Assembly: GCF_009834535.1 (NCBI RefSeq)
Contig: NC_045705.1
Location: forward strand, 56,234,001 to 56,298,000
From: Camelus ferus
Taxonomy: Eukaryota
Direction of reading: 5' to 3'
Length of the DNA: 64,000 bases
Position 1 is the first letter of the stretch. Every line of letters begins with the position of its first letter. This document shows positions 9,690 to 22,959 of this stretch, in pieces. The notes under the pieces were generated by a model. That model was not told where the DNA came from. It made no database searches and worked only from the letters and a program-made list of their open reading frames with translations. Position numbers and translations under genes: made by a program.

Positions 9690-12641
9690 TTTGACCAATG
9701 TAAACAGAGGCATTTCTGTCTGCCCAGGGACCCAGCAAAAATCATGCTAGTTGACACCTCTGTTAACAAGCTTGATGACTCATAAGCAGCCTTTTGACTT
9801 GGCTTGACCACAGTCCTAGAGATAGTCCTATCTGTTCATAGACCTGGCAGAAGAAGGACTTTTCTTGCCAAAACCAGACTATAAAGACCAGAAAAGGTGA
9901 CAGCTCCTTAAAATGCACAGACACCAATGCAAAGCTACAAGAATCATGAAGAATAAAGCAAATATGACACCAACAAATAAAACTAATAAAGCACCAGTAA
10001 CTGACTCTATAGAAATGGAGCTCTGTGAACTGCTTGACAAAGAATTCAAAATAATAATTTTTTAAAAACTCAATAAACTGCAAGAAAACACAGACCACTA
10101 AACAAAATCAGAAAAATAATACAAGAACACAATGAGAAATTAAAGAAATAAAAACCATAAAAAAGAACCAAAGAGAAATCCTGTAGCTGAAGAATGCAAT
10201 TCATGAGCTGAAAATTCAATAGAAAACTTCAATAGCAGACTTGATTAAACAAAAGAATCAGTGAGCTCAAAAAGAAATCATTTGAAATTATGCAGTTAGA
10301 GAAACAAAAAGGAAAAAAAAAAAGAATTAAAAAGATTAGGAAAGCCTACAGGGTTTACACAGCACCATCAAGAGAACCAATACATACATTATAAAAGTCC
10401 TAGAAAAAGAAACAGAGAAAGGGGCAGAAAGCTTATTTAAAGATATAATGACTGAAACTTCTCAAATCTAGGAATGTTATTGACATCCAGATACGAGTAA
10501 AGGAACACAAATAGGTTGAATACAAAGAGGTCTACACTGAGTCACATTATAACTAAATTATCAAAATAGAAAGATAAAGAGAAGATTTTAAATCAGCAAG
10601 AAAAAAAAGTGAATTGGCACATCCAAGACAGCCCCCAGAAGACTATAAGCAGATTTCTCACCTGTCAAGGAGAGAGTAGGATGATATAATCTAAGTATTA
10701 AGAAAATAAAATGCCAACCAAGAATGCTTTACCCCATAAATCTGTCCTTTAAGAATGAAGGAGCGATAAAGACTTTACCAGACAAATAAAAACTAAGGGA
10801 ATTCGTCACCAATAGACCTGCCTTACAAGAAATGTTTTATGTTGTTCAGGTTGAAGAACTTTAAGTTGAAGAACAAGCTGTTCCAGTTAAAGTTCAAGTA
10901 GAAGAACTTCAAAGAGTTCTTCAAGTTAAAGGAAAAGACACTTAACAACATAAAAGTAAAAATCTCACTGATTTTGCCTAAGAAAATAAAAATGTCACTG
11001 TTAAATATACAAAGACAAATACAGAATATTATAAAACAGTAATGGTAGTGTATAAGTCACTTTTAACATTAATGTATAAACTTAAAAGTAGTAAAAAAAA
11101 AAAAAAGAAACAAAACTATAACCACTGAAATTTGTTAATGAAGAAAACAGTATAGAAAAAAGAAAATTTTGAAATCAGTTGCATAAAGTGTGCAGACATA
11201 AGGAGGTGTAGAATATTGAGATGAGGTTATAGTTAGTCATTAGCTTAAAATAGACTGCTGTAGATATAAAATGTTTGATGTAAACCCCATGGTGAACATG
11301 CACACATACACACACACACACAATGTATAGTAAATACACAAAAGATAAAAAACAAGAAAATGCTAAACACACAGAAAATATTTAACAAAATGGAAATAGT
11401 CATTCTTACCTTACTGTATAAATGAAGTTTGTAGTAATAAACACCTACTTAAAAATGAAGAGAACCTCAAATAAACAACCTAACTTTACAACTCAAGGAA
11501 CTAAATAAAGAACAAACTGAGCCCAAAGTAATCAGGAAAAAGAAATTAAAAAGATGAGAGCAAAAATAAATAAGGTGGAGAGTAGAGAAGTACTATAAAA
11601 ATTAAAACAATTTCTTTTGTGAAAAGATAAACAAAATTGATAAACCCTTAACTAGACTAAGTAAAAAGAGAGAAACCTAAAAGCAAGCAAATTAGAAGTG
11701 AAATAGATGTTACCACAGAAATAAAAAGATAATAAAAGAATGTTATGAAAAATTATATACCAACAAATTGAACAACCTCAAAATAATAAATTCCTTCATA
11801 GAATCTATGAAGACTGAGTAAAAAAGAAATAGAAAGTCATACAGACCTATAACAAATAAGATTGAAGGAGTAAAGAAAAATGCCAAACAAAGAAAAGCCC
11901 AGGACCAGATGGCTTTACAAGTGATTTCTGCTAAACATTTAAGAAAGATTTAAAGAATTTATATCAATTATTTTTAAATTCTTTGTAAAAGTGGAAGTTA
12001 TATCCTGAATTAATTCTATGAGGCCAGCATCACTGTAATACCAAAGCTAGACAAAGACACCACAAGAAGAGAAAGATACAGTACAATATCCCTGATGAAC
12101 NNNNNNNNNNNNNNNNNNNNNNNNNNNNNNNNNNNNNNNNNNNNNNNNNNNNNNNNNNNNNNNNNNNNNNNNNNNNNNNNNNNNNNNNNNNNNNNNNNNN
12201 NNNNNNNNNNNNNNNNNNNNNNNNNNNNNNNNNNNNNNNNNNTACCTCACAAAATGAAGGGTAAAAATCACATGATCATCTCAATAGATGTATAAAAAGC
12301 ATTTAGTAAAATTCAGTACTTTTAGTAAAACTCAAAAAACTCTCAAAAATTAGATATAGAAGAAACTTATCTTAACTCAACAAAGGCACTTTAAGAAAAG
12401 CCCACAGCTTACATCTTACTCAGTGGTGGAAAGCTGAAAGCATTCCCTTTAAGATCTAGAACAAATCAAGGATGCCTCCTCTCATTTCTTCTTTTCAACA
12501 TAGTATTGAAAGATCTAGTCAGAGCAATGAGGCAAGAAAAAGAAATAAAAGACGTCCAAATCAGAAAGGAAGTAAAACTATCTCCGTAGGTGATACGGTG
12601 ATCTTATATGTAGAACACCCTAGACTCCACATGTGCACACG

Positions 12642-12703
<62 letters not shown>

Positions 12704-12815
12704 TGTTAGAATTAGAAAGCAAATTCAGTAAGGTCACAGGATACAAAAAGCATACAAATATAGTGACCTATTCAAAAAGGAAATTCAGAAAATGATTTCA
12801 TTTACAATGGCATTC
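9690..12815 (+). mobile_element. Old L1 (L1M-type): ORF1 remnant, linker and ORF2/RT remnant, with the endonuclease region apparently deleted
   Basis: A-rich degenerate ORF1 at about 9950-10930. The ORF2 start near 11390 jumps to post-endonuclease sequence. RT motifs SLMN and KNHMIISID flank the N-run. Confidence 0.85.
12651..12700. repeat. (AC)25 microsatellite
   Basis: Direct reading. Confidence 0.95.
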
Positions 12816-12840
12816 CTTCACACTTGCCTAGTTTTGATGG

Positions 12841-13189
12841 TGTAATGGACTTAATATGTGTTTATGTTTCCCTAAAATTCATATGTTGAAATTCTAACCC
12901 CCAATGTGATGATATTAGAATGTAGGGCCTTTGGAAGTTAATTGGGTAATAAAGATGGAGCCCTCATAAATGGGATTAACACTCTTATAGAAGAAACCTC
13001 CAAAGAATTCTCTAGTCCTCTTTCTGCCATATGATATAGCAAAAAGACTGCTGTCTTCATCAGATGCCCAGTCTACCAGCACCTTGATCTTGGACTTCTC
13101 AGTCTCCGGGATTGTGAGAAATAAGTATTTGTTGTTTAAGTTGCCCAGTCTATGGTATTTTTGTTCTAACAACCCAGATGGACTAGACA
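12841..13189 (+). mobile_element. MaLR solo LTR (MLT1A-like)
   Basis: aaaattcatatgttgaaattctaacc...caccttgatcttggacttctcagtctcc...ctagaca; near-matching 5-bp flanks GATGG/GATAG. Confidence 0.85.
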
Positions 13190-13602
13190 GATAGTAAATA
13201 GACAATTGCAGAAGCCACAGTTTGAGAAATGTATGGTGGCCAAAGATGAAGTGCTGGCTGATGCTGGCAAGAATCAAAAATGAACAGTAGAAAAAGAAAT
13301 AATATATAACAGTTGTGACCTCATAACTGCTATTGTAAGGGGCTATAGATCATTCCACTAACCACCCTCTTGTTAGTTCCCAATTTTTTTTTTTAAAGCC
13401 ATATGAATCCTTGGAGAAGCTGCTTCCAAAATGCCAAAATTACTGATGCTTGTGGATTCAAGCATGCAAGGAGTGCACTGTCTATACCATCCAGATCTCC
13501 TGTCCTGCCAGGCTTGAAGCACTCATTTCTCTACAGAGAGTGTTAACAAGTGATAGAGCTCATCTGAGTCCTTCTTGGGAACTGCTGTCTTCATATTGAA
13601 GC

Positions 13603-14093
13603 TGTTGCAGGAAAATGGGGCATGAGAGGATGGTCATGAACCAGGTCTCTGAGTCCTTGGAACACACCCTGCCAAGTGAGGGTTCTTGGCTTCAGGCAGG
13701 AAAGAATTCAAGAGGGAGCCATAGTAAAGTGAAAGCAAGTTTATTTAGAGAGATACACACTCCATAGACAGAGTGCAGGCCATCTCACTCAGAAGGGAGA
13801 GCAGCCAGGAAGTGTGGAGGTTGTTAGCTTGTATGGGCTGGGCAATTTCATGTGCTAATGGAGAGGAGGATTATTCCAGCTATGTTATGGGTGGGGATTT
13901 CCAGGAATTGGGCTCCCGCCCACTTTTTGGCCTTTTGGGGTCAGCCTGGGAACTGTGTGGCGCCTGTGGGTGTATCATTTAGCATGCTAATATACTAGGA
14001 TGAGCGTATAATGAGGGTCAAGGTCTACCTCGAGTTGAATTTTTCGCCATCTTGGGCCTAGTCAAGTTTTAACCAATTTATGTCCTGTCCTCA
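13603..14093 (-). mobile_element. ERV1-type solo LTR
   Basis: TG...CA termini; gagggttcttggcttc...gcaagtttattt pattern of an antisense LTR. Confidence 0.7.
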
Positions 14094-14149
14094 GTTGCTG
14101 TGTCATTCTTTTAATGGTTGTACCCTGCCCCCTTCCCTCCTTTCTCAAA

Positions 14150-14511
14150 GCCACCTCACCCAAAATCCTGTCTCCTCTCTGTGGACAGATAACATCTAAT
14201 GGCCAGTTAATGGGTAGTTTAAAAGGCCCATATTTTTCTTTAATTCAGGACAATTCTAAAAGGTCATCTCAGTTCCAGAGATCTCTGCAGGATTGAATGT
14301 GGCCTTTATTATAATTGAATGGAGTTTAATCTTAGCAATGTTCTCCTAGGGCTGTCTATCCCAACAATTAAATGGAGTTTAACTTCTCCCTCCACTAGTT
14401 CTATTGTATTCTTTCCCCCTAGATATTTAATCTCAGGGCACTCTCCAAATAAATTTCTGCACACAAATTTTCACCTCAGTGTTCCGTGCAAAAGGAACCC
14501 AACTTGTGACC
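14150..14511 (+). mobile_element. Old ERVL-type LTR (LTR16-like)
   Basis: 3' end aataaatttctgcacacaaat...ggaacccaacttgtgac. Confidence 0.5.
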
Positions 14512-17173
14512 AATGTTAACAAAGACAAATACAAGTGACACAAGAAAAAAAATTAATTGCAAGTCACATCATAATAAAAGGTTTTATAATATAGAAAGGA
14601 CTCCCACAAACTAATAACTATTTTTTAAAAAGATGTACTTGACTAGCCTCTAAAAAGAAATTCAAATATAAAATGTGACAGCGGATCCAGACAGCCACAG
14701 CAGTTGCTCTGAAATTGCAGGTGAGGGAGCAATTAATTCTGCTTCATGGAATAGAGGGGCCTTCTGGGGTATTAACTGTAAATGGCTAGTTCATATGCAT
14801 AATGGGAATTCAGTTGAACTGTCCTTGAATTAACTCATTTAAGGACTTGCCTTTGGGTTTTTTAGTCTTTCTTGGTACAGCTTCCTGAATTGTCATCCCC
14901 AGAGACCCTTATTATACTAAAACTGCAGCAGCAGAGAAGGACTAGATTCACACTGTCATGATCAGTCCTTGTGCCAAACAACTGGGACTGGGGTGCCTTC
15001 ATCCTGAGTTCATCTCTTTTTCCACCCTGAAATGTAAATGAGGTGGCCAACCCCTTGATAAGTACTTGAGAACCCTCATGTTGTAATTATGGATTTTATC
15101 AGTCAAGAACATAAAGATGTGTATCTTATTCCTAAGAAGTTGTTATGCTTTTACTGTTTAATAACTGCTTCAATCTCTGGATATACTCAACACCTGAAAC
15201 AGTATGGATAACACTACCATGCTGATTACATAAAGAATACGATAAACAATCTCATTTAATAATTCTCATATAAATAATGAACTTTATTCTAACTCCATCC
15301 TTTAAAGATATTCTGTATCTGTTACTTAAACTGCAATATTTATGTATTTGCAAACCAGAGAATTGGGTTGGGAAGGCTTTCTGAACTGAAAACAACATAC
15401 TGGGAAAATCTCTGTACAGTATTATGCTTTGCTCTAGACTCTCTAAAAAATGTTGCCCTTTAAAGCAAATAAAATAGCTTTTCTAGGGTATATTATTATC
15501 TAAAGAAAGCCATAATTTTTTTTTTTTTTTGGTAGTTCAGGGCAAGTAGAGGTTGATAATGAAGAGTAAATAATGTGCTTTTTGAAAAATTTATTACTTC
15601 ATTTTTCTTGATTGATCAGTGAACAGATAAGTTTTAATTCTATTAAGAGAACTGATATGAACACAGAGTTATTCATAGGATTTGGTATGGAAAGATTTAT
15701 AACTCAGAGCTCAAAATGTTTAAATTGCTGAAAAGATTCAGAACTATTAAATAGATTACTATATGTCAAAAACAACACCAAGTTACAGGCAACCTATGAC
15801 GTTTGGGATAAAGTTTGCTAGATAACCTCTGGGAGAAAATTGCAAGAGAATCAGTCTCCATTTAGCCAAGGAGGAACTGCTTGGAGTAGGGGTGGAGGCA
15901 TTGACAAGGAAGGCTGATGTTAAAGACTGATCTGGTGAGTTTAACAGACAAGTCAGGCAGAAGAAGATCCCCAAGCAGCAAAGAAATATTCTCCTCAAAC
16001 ATCTCACTTAGCCCTGGAAGTCTGATGCCATCTGTCCTGGAGAGAGAGAGAGAGCCAATCTCTGTTTAACTGTATGATTACACAGATCAAACAAGCAAAA
16101 CTCTTGCGCAGTCTCTGTTGGAATAAAACTTGTTTTTCTTTGAACATTTATCTCACTCCTTTCAGATTAGCGTCATAAGCAAGTTTTGGAAATTCTAAGA
16201 CTAGACCTAACAGGTAGCCCTCCACTGATAGTTGTATGCCTTGGCACAACTGGATTAGTGTTTAGGCAGACATATCGCAATGGTATTAGTCACAGTATAA
16301 AGTTTATTCATTGCCTTTCTATCAATTTTTATGAGCCTCCCAAAGTATAAGATGAACAATATCCAAACAGCTGCCAGGTTTTTTTTTCCTTTTTTTTTTA
16401 ATGCATGTAATTTATTATAAAATCCAGGACTTCCTAGGCATTTCTTTCTAATTGTCTGTCTTCTTGATATCTAATGTCTAAAGAAAATAAATGTCACTAA
16501 AATGTTGCAAACAACCTAGAAATAGAAGTATTTTAGACAGAGGAAAATAATTATAGCAAGATGGAGGTGGAATCCAGACCGGAAAATTCAGTTCAGGAAG
16601 CAGTTACAACAGTTCAGAAACAACTGAAAGTGGATTGCAGTCATTAGAGTTTGAGACTGCAGGAGGAGAAAAATTGCAGAAAATAAATGGTTAAGAATGT
16701 GAACATGAGCTTTAGGAATTCTCCACCATGGCCACATGATTATAGTAACACAGCAGTTGAAGATATAAGTAGATAAGAATAATAGTACTAAGAAATTGCC
16801 TAAATATTTCAGATCTGAGAGATATTATCAAACTCCCACGACAAGGATTGATGATAAAACCTGCAATTAGCTCTAGTATATTATTGAATAAATTGATACA
16901 TTAATCCACTATTTTACAAACAGCACAAGATCAAATATTTTTTCAACAAAATTATTTTTTCCTGAACATAAGCTTTAACAATTTATATTTCTAAAATTGT
17001 ATTTAAATTTTGATGGAGCATTTTATTCAATATGGTGTAGTGAGCTGAATCAGGTATGTCAATTTCCACTACACACCAAACATGTAACAACAACAGATAC
17101 AATAAAAAATGATAAAAAATACATCACCATGCTTCTTAGGTCAAACAAATAGAAAATACATGATAGATAGACT

Positions 17174-17174
<1 letters not shown>

Positions 17175-17210
<36 letters not shown>
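17175..17210. repeat. (AGAC)9 microsatellite
   Basis: Direct reading. Confidence 0.95.
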
Positions 17211-17213
<3 letters not shown>

Positions 17214-17811
17214 TAATTATGAGATGCAGTGTAAAAACATATAACTGTGTGCTGAAATTGAATCCAGAAAAAATGACCAGGTATTTTTGAGAGGCAGAAA
17301 AGAAGATTTGAGAAAAGAAAACTAAAACCCATTTTTACATGAGAAGACATTGTTTGAAAATACATTACTTATCTCTGAATTTTATGTAAAGTCATTGAAC
17401 TTTTAATGAAATTCTTAACAGTACAAAAATAATTGTATTTACACAAGAAAAACAAAACTTTCAAATTCTTCAATTGGAAAATAGCACTTGTATAATTGTC
17501 TAGTTGAACCATTGGCCCTTGTTTTGAAGTTGTGTCTTTTATAATCCATGTGTTGTTAAGTTTCAATTTTAATATCAATTTGTTTTCTTTTTCTCTCAGT
17601 TTTCATTTTTAGTTGAATATTGCTATCTACCTCTGTACCTATCTATTTTTCTCCATTTAGATTTGTACCTAAGAATTATGTGAACATCACTTGGATTCAC
17701 AAGACCTCAATGATTGTAATAGGATAGAGTCAGTCATTTGAGTGAGTCTCTTTTCACCATTGCAGGAAGCCTCTCCTGAACGTCTCATGTTGATTTCCTT
17801 GTATACCTGGC

Positions 17812-20800
17812 ATATCCACCTTCAACACCTCTGAAATTGGTGTCTCTGCCTTCTTCCTCATTGGGATCCCAGGGATGGAGTCTGCCACCATTTGGGTCTC
17901 CATCCCCATTTGCCTTATGTACCTTGTTGCCATCCTGGGGAACTGCCCCATCCTCATTTTCATAAAAATGGAGCCTTCTCGGCATGAACCCATGAACTAT
18001 TTTCTCTCCATGTTGGCTCTCTCTGACTTGGGACTGTCCCTCTCCTCTCTCCCTACCATGCTTAGAATATTCTTATTCAGTGCTCCGGGAATTTCCTCTG
18101 ATGCCTGTATTGCCCAAGAGTTTTTCATTCATGGATTCCCAGCTATGGAATCATCAGTACTTCTCATCATGTTTTTTGATCACTTTATTACCATCTGCAA
18201 TCCTCTGAGATACACCTCCATCCTAACCAGTGCCAGAGTCATGAAAATAGGGCTTACTTTTTCTCTCAAAAATATTTTATTGATCCTTCCTTTTCCTTTA
18301 ACTTTAAGACATCCAAGATACTGTAAGAAGAACCTCCTTACAAGGTTAATGTCATCTATGGCTTATTTGTAGCTCTCACAGGCATCCTAGACTTCACATT
18401 TATTTTCATGTCCTACATGCTGATACTTACAGCCATGTTGAGCATAGGATCACAGAGGGAAAGACTCAAGGTCCTCAATATATGTGTTTCCCACATCTGT
18501 GCTGTGCTTATCGTCTATGTTCCCATTATCTCCTTAGCTGTCATCTACCTGTTTTCCAAACACAGTTCCCAAGTCATGAGGATCCTCATGGTTGATGTTT
18601 TCCTGCTGGTACCGCCATTGATGAACCCCACTGTATACTGTGTGAAGAGCCAGCAGATAAGAAATCTGGTTTTACCTCCCTACAAATAAAAGTCCAGGAC
18701 CAGATGGCTTCACCAGGGAATTCTACCAAACATACAAACAAGAACTCATACCAGTCCTTCTCAAACTCTTCCAGAAGATTGAAAAAGAGGGAATACTCCC
18801 AAACTCATTCTATGAAGCCACCATCACCCTGATACCAGAACCAGGCAAAGATANNNNNNNNNNNNNNNNNNNNNNNNNNNNNNNNNNNNNNNNNNNNNNN
18901 NNNNNNNNNNNNNNNNNNNNNNNNNNNNNNNNNNNNNNNNNNNNNNNNNNNNNNNNNNNNNNNNNNNNNNNNNNNNNNNNNNNNNNNNNNNNNNNNNNNN
19001 NNNNNNNNNNNNNNNNNNNNNNNNNNNNNNNNNNNNNNNNNNNNNNNNNNNNNNNNNNNNNNNNNNNNNNNNNNNNNNNNNNNNNNNNNNNNNNNNNNNN
19101 NNNNNNNNNNNNNNNNNNNNNNNNNNNNNNNNNNNNNNNNNNNNNNNNNNNNNNNNNNNNNNNNNNNNNNNNNNNNNNNNNNNNNNNNNNNNNNNNNNNN
19201 NNNNNNNNNNNNNNNNTGGTGAAAAACTCAAAAGCTTCCCACTAAAATCTGGGACAAGACAAGGATGCCCACTATTACCACTCCTATTCGACATAGTCTT
19301 GGAAGTCTTAGCCACAGCAATCAGGCAAAAGAGAGAAATAAAAGGGATCTGAATTGGAAAAAAAGTGTAAAAGTGTCGCTATATGCTGACAATATGTTAC
19401 CATACATAGAAAACCCTAAAAGGTCCACACAAAAACTACTAGAGCTGATCAAAGAATTCAGCAAGGTAGCAGGTTACAAGATTATCGTACAAAAATCAGT
19501 TGCATTTCTTTACACTAACGATGAATCAACAGAAAAAGAAAGTAAAGAAATAATCCCCTTTAAAATAGCACCCAAAGTAATAAAATATCTAGGAATAAAT
19601 CTAACCCAGGAGGTGAAAAAATTATACACNNNNNNNNNNNNNNNNNNNNNNNNNNNNNNNNNNNNNNNNNNNNNNNNNNNNNNNNNNNNNNNNNNNNNNN
19701 NNNNNNNNNNNNNNNNNNNNNNNNNNNNNNNNNNNNNNNNNNNNNNNNNNNNNNNNNNNNNNNNNNNNNNNNNNNNNNNNNNNNNNNNNNNTTTCACAGA
19801 ACTAGAACAAATCATAATAAAATTGATATGGAACCATCAAAGACCTAGAATTGCCAAAGCATTACTGAAGAGAAAGAAAGAGTCTGGAGGAATAACTCTC
19901 CCAGACTTCAGACAATACTATGGAGCTACAGTCATCAAGACAGCATGGTATTGGTACAAAAACATATAGACCAATGAAACAGAATAGAGAGCCCAGAAAT
20001 GAACCCACAAACTTTTGGTCAACTAATCTTCGACAAAGGAGGCAAGAATATACAATGGAATAAAGACAGCCTCTTCAGCAAATTGTGTTGGGAAAACTGG
20101 ACAGCAGCCTGTAAAACAATGAAGCTAGAACACTCCCTTACACCATACACAAAAATAAACTCAAAATGGATCAAAGACTTAAACATAAGACAAGATACAA
20201 TAAACCTCCTAGAAGAAAATATTGGCAAAACATTATCTGACATACATCTCAAAAATGTTCTCCTAGAACAGTCTACTCAAGCAATAGAAATAAAAGCAAG
20301 AATAAACAAATGGGACCTAATGAAACTTACAAGCTTCTGCACAGCAAAGGAAACCATAAGTAAAACAAAATGACAACCTATGGAGTGGGAGAAAGTTTTT
20401 GCTAATGAAACCGACAAAGGCTTGATCTCCAGAATATATAAGCAGCTCTTATGACTTAATAAGAAACAACCNNNNNNNNNNNNNNNNNNNNNNNNNNNNN
20501 NNNNNNNNNNNNNNNNNNNNNNNNNNNNNNNNNNNNNNNNNNNNNNNNNNNNNNNNNNNNNNNNNNNNNNNNNNNNNNNNNNNNNNNNNNNNNNNNNNNN
20601 NNNNNNNNNNNNNNNNNNNNNNNNNNNNNNNNNNNNNNNNNNNNNNNNNNNNNNNNNNNNNNNNNNNNNNNNNNNNNNNNNNNNNNNNNNNNNNNNNNNN
20701 NNNNNNNNNNNNNNNNNNNNNNNNNNNNNNNNNNNNNNNNNNNNNNNNNNNNNNNNNNNNNNNNNNNNNNNNNNNNNNTTACCATGCAACCCAGGAATCC

Positions 20801-21465
20801 CACTCCTGGGCATATATCCAGAAGGAACACTACTTCAGGANNNNNNNNNNNNNNNNNNNNNNNNNNNNNNNNNNNNNNNNNNNNNNNNNNNNNNNNNNNN
20901 NNNNNNNNNNNNNNNNNNNNNNNNNNNNNNNNNNNNNNNNNNNNNNNNNNNNNNNNNNNNNNNNNNNNNNNNNNNNNNNNNNNNNNNNNNNNNNNCATTT
21001 GCAGCAACATGGATGCTCCTGGAGAATGTCATTCTAAGTGAAGTAAGCCAGAAAGAGAAAGAAAAATACCATATGAGATCACTCATATGTGGAATCTAAA
21101 ACAAACAAAAAACACACAAACAAAGCATAAATGCAAAACAGAAATAAACTCATAGACATAGAATACAAACTTGTGGTTGGCAAGGGGGCGGAGGGTGGGA
21201 AGGGATAGACTAGGATTACAAAACTGTAGAATAGATAAACAAGATTATACTGTATAGCACAGGGAAATATTCATAAGATCTTATGGTAGCTTTCGGAGAA
21301 GAAAATGTGACAATGAATATATATATGTTCATGTATAACTGAAAAATTGTGCTCTACACTTGAATTTGATACAACATTGTAAAATGATTATAAATCAGTA
21401 AAAAATGTTAAAAAAAAAAAAAAAGAAATCGGGTTTTAGAGAAGCTGTGTCAAAAATACAGCTGA
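17812..21465 (+). pseudogene. OR51A-family olfactory receptor pseudogene, split by an L1
   Basis: ATA replaces the start ATG at 17812 (ISTFNTSEIGVSAFFLIGIPG...). A ~52-nt frameshifting deletion follows 18339 (CKKNLL jumps to NKVNVIYG). DRF is changed to DHF. The CDS runs to QIRNLVL at 18674 and resumes after the L1 as EKLCQKYS* (21439-21465). Reconstructed length is 313 aa. Confidence 0.92.
18675..21422 (+). mobile_element. 5'-truncated L1 (ORF2 RT remnant, 3'UTR, polyA) with 16-bp TSD
   Basis: ORF2 motifs [15 protein letters not shown] and KTAWYWYKN; polyA ends at 21422; TSD AAGAAATC(T/G)GGTTTTA at 18659-18674 and 21423-21438; stop codons and a frameshift in ORF2. Confidence 0.95.
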
Positions 21466-21470
21466 CATGG

Positions 21471-21576
21471 CAGGTGGAGGGTATAGCTCAGTGGTAGAGC
21501 ACATACCTGGTGTGCACAAGGTCCTGGGTTCAATCCCCAGTGCCTCTGCTAAAGGGGAAAAAAATTTTTTAATGAA
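21471..21576 (+). mobile_element. Camelid tRNA-derived SINE (Vic-1-like) with TSD
   Basis: A box tagctcagtgg, B box gggttcaatcc, A-rich tail; TSD AAAAAT(A/G)CAGCTGAC(A/T)TGG. Confidence 0.88.
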
Positions 21577-22959
21577 AAAAATGCAGCTGACTTGGATGCT
21601 TAATGATAGTGAAAACCCAATCAGTAAATGACATAGAGAAAGCAGAATTAATCAATAAGGAAGCACACCATACGTTAATCACCTTACAATATCATCTCTC
21701 AGTATGCTTATGAAGACTGAAGACTCAGCCTCGCAAATTTACTGGTTTAGGATTTAGGATTTAGAGCTCTTATGTAAACATAAAATGTATTCGTAGTTCC
21801 ACTTTCACACACCTTACCAGCCTTATGAACACAATATAAGCTTGTTTTCATCATTTTAGAGTAATATTCTGTGTGTTCATTTGAGAATTAGCAGTATACA
21901 TTTATATGACAACTGCCTAGTGATTGGAGGTGACAGAGGATTGCTTATTCATTTACAATATCCCTTTTCAACACACAGTTTTCCCTTTTATGACACATAT
22001 CTATTCTCTCAGGAATTGAAATTGAAAAGGGCAATGACAATGCACACATGGAACAAATATGCATTCGTGCAGAGTTTACAAAAATATAAGAATTAAATTC
22101 ATTTATTTGTTTCAATATTTCTTTCCTGAACATTAAAATATCACTTTATAAGTTATTTAGGGTTGAAAATTCTCTGTCTACCAGATTTCTACAGGAGTTC
22201 TACCTAATGCCATAACTCATTATACCGTATATGTCTCACTCCCATGCAAGACTGTAAACCCTGATAAAGATTAATTTTCAAAATTTTACTGTTCTCACAA
22301 AGAAATAAATTGAACATCCATATAGATCTCACTTAGCTGATTTTTAATGAATGAACCAGGCAAATGATACAACCAGTTCAAAGAGGCCAATAAAAGATAC
22401 ATTTATAAATAGCAATGTTTCCATTAATTTTCAAATGAGTTCAACTATGACTTCTTTCACCTGTGGGACACATACCAATTGACCCTCGACCAGTTTATTC
22501 ACCTGTCTACCAATGTGAATTACTTTGATTGCATTTAGTATCTACAACTTACAGAGTTGGAAAAAAGCTCAAAGACAGTGAAAACTCTAAGTCCCTACAT
22601 AATCAGAATTAGATAACCCATAGGGGTGGGCTGTGAACAATGCAGAGTTTTCCACTGAAGCACATATCTTTTTTTTCATATAGTCTCCCCCATTTTAATA
22701 AAACATTATTTGAAATAAAGATTATTCTTGATCATAAAACAAGGCTCTCCTCATTAGGTTTGGCCTCATTATTTATACAGATGAAAAAATTCACCAGAAG
22801 GGCTTCTTAAGTTTGCAGTGCTGGAGACTTTCAGACAGGATGTTATAAAGCTGCTATTATATTCTATATCTAGGAGAGGAAGCTATAACCAAAAAAATTA
22901 TCTCCATCAAATTACTCCTTCAGGTAGCCACACACTTGAGTAATATTTTATTTTCCTGA

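Noticed and set aside
19265-20373. L1 ORF2 as an active retrotransposon
   Set aside because: 5'-truncated (no promoter, ORF1 or endonuclease), frameshift near 19965 and TGA at 20371
18824-21086. Long ORFs spanning N-runs (163, 234, 178, 184 aa and others)
   Set aside because: They stay open only because N codons cannot be stops; the real parts are L1 ORF2 remnants or their antisense
21471-21576. tRNA-like sequence with A and B boxes (also at 61100 and 42729)
   Set aside because: There is no complete cloverleaf, and the A-rich tails, a TSD at the 21471 copy and multiple diverged copies show these are tRNA-derived SINEs, not tRNA genes
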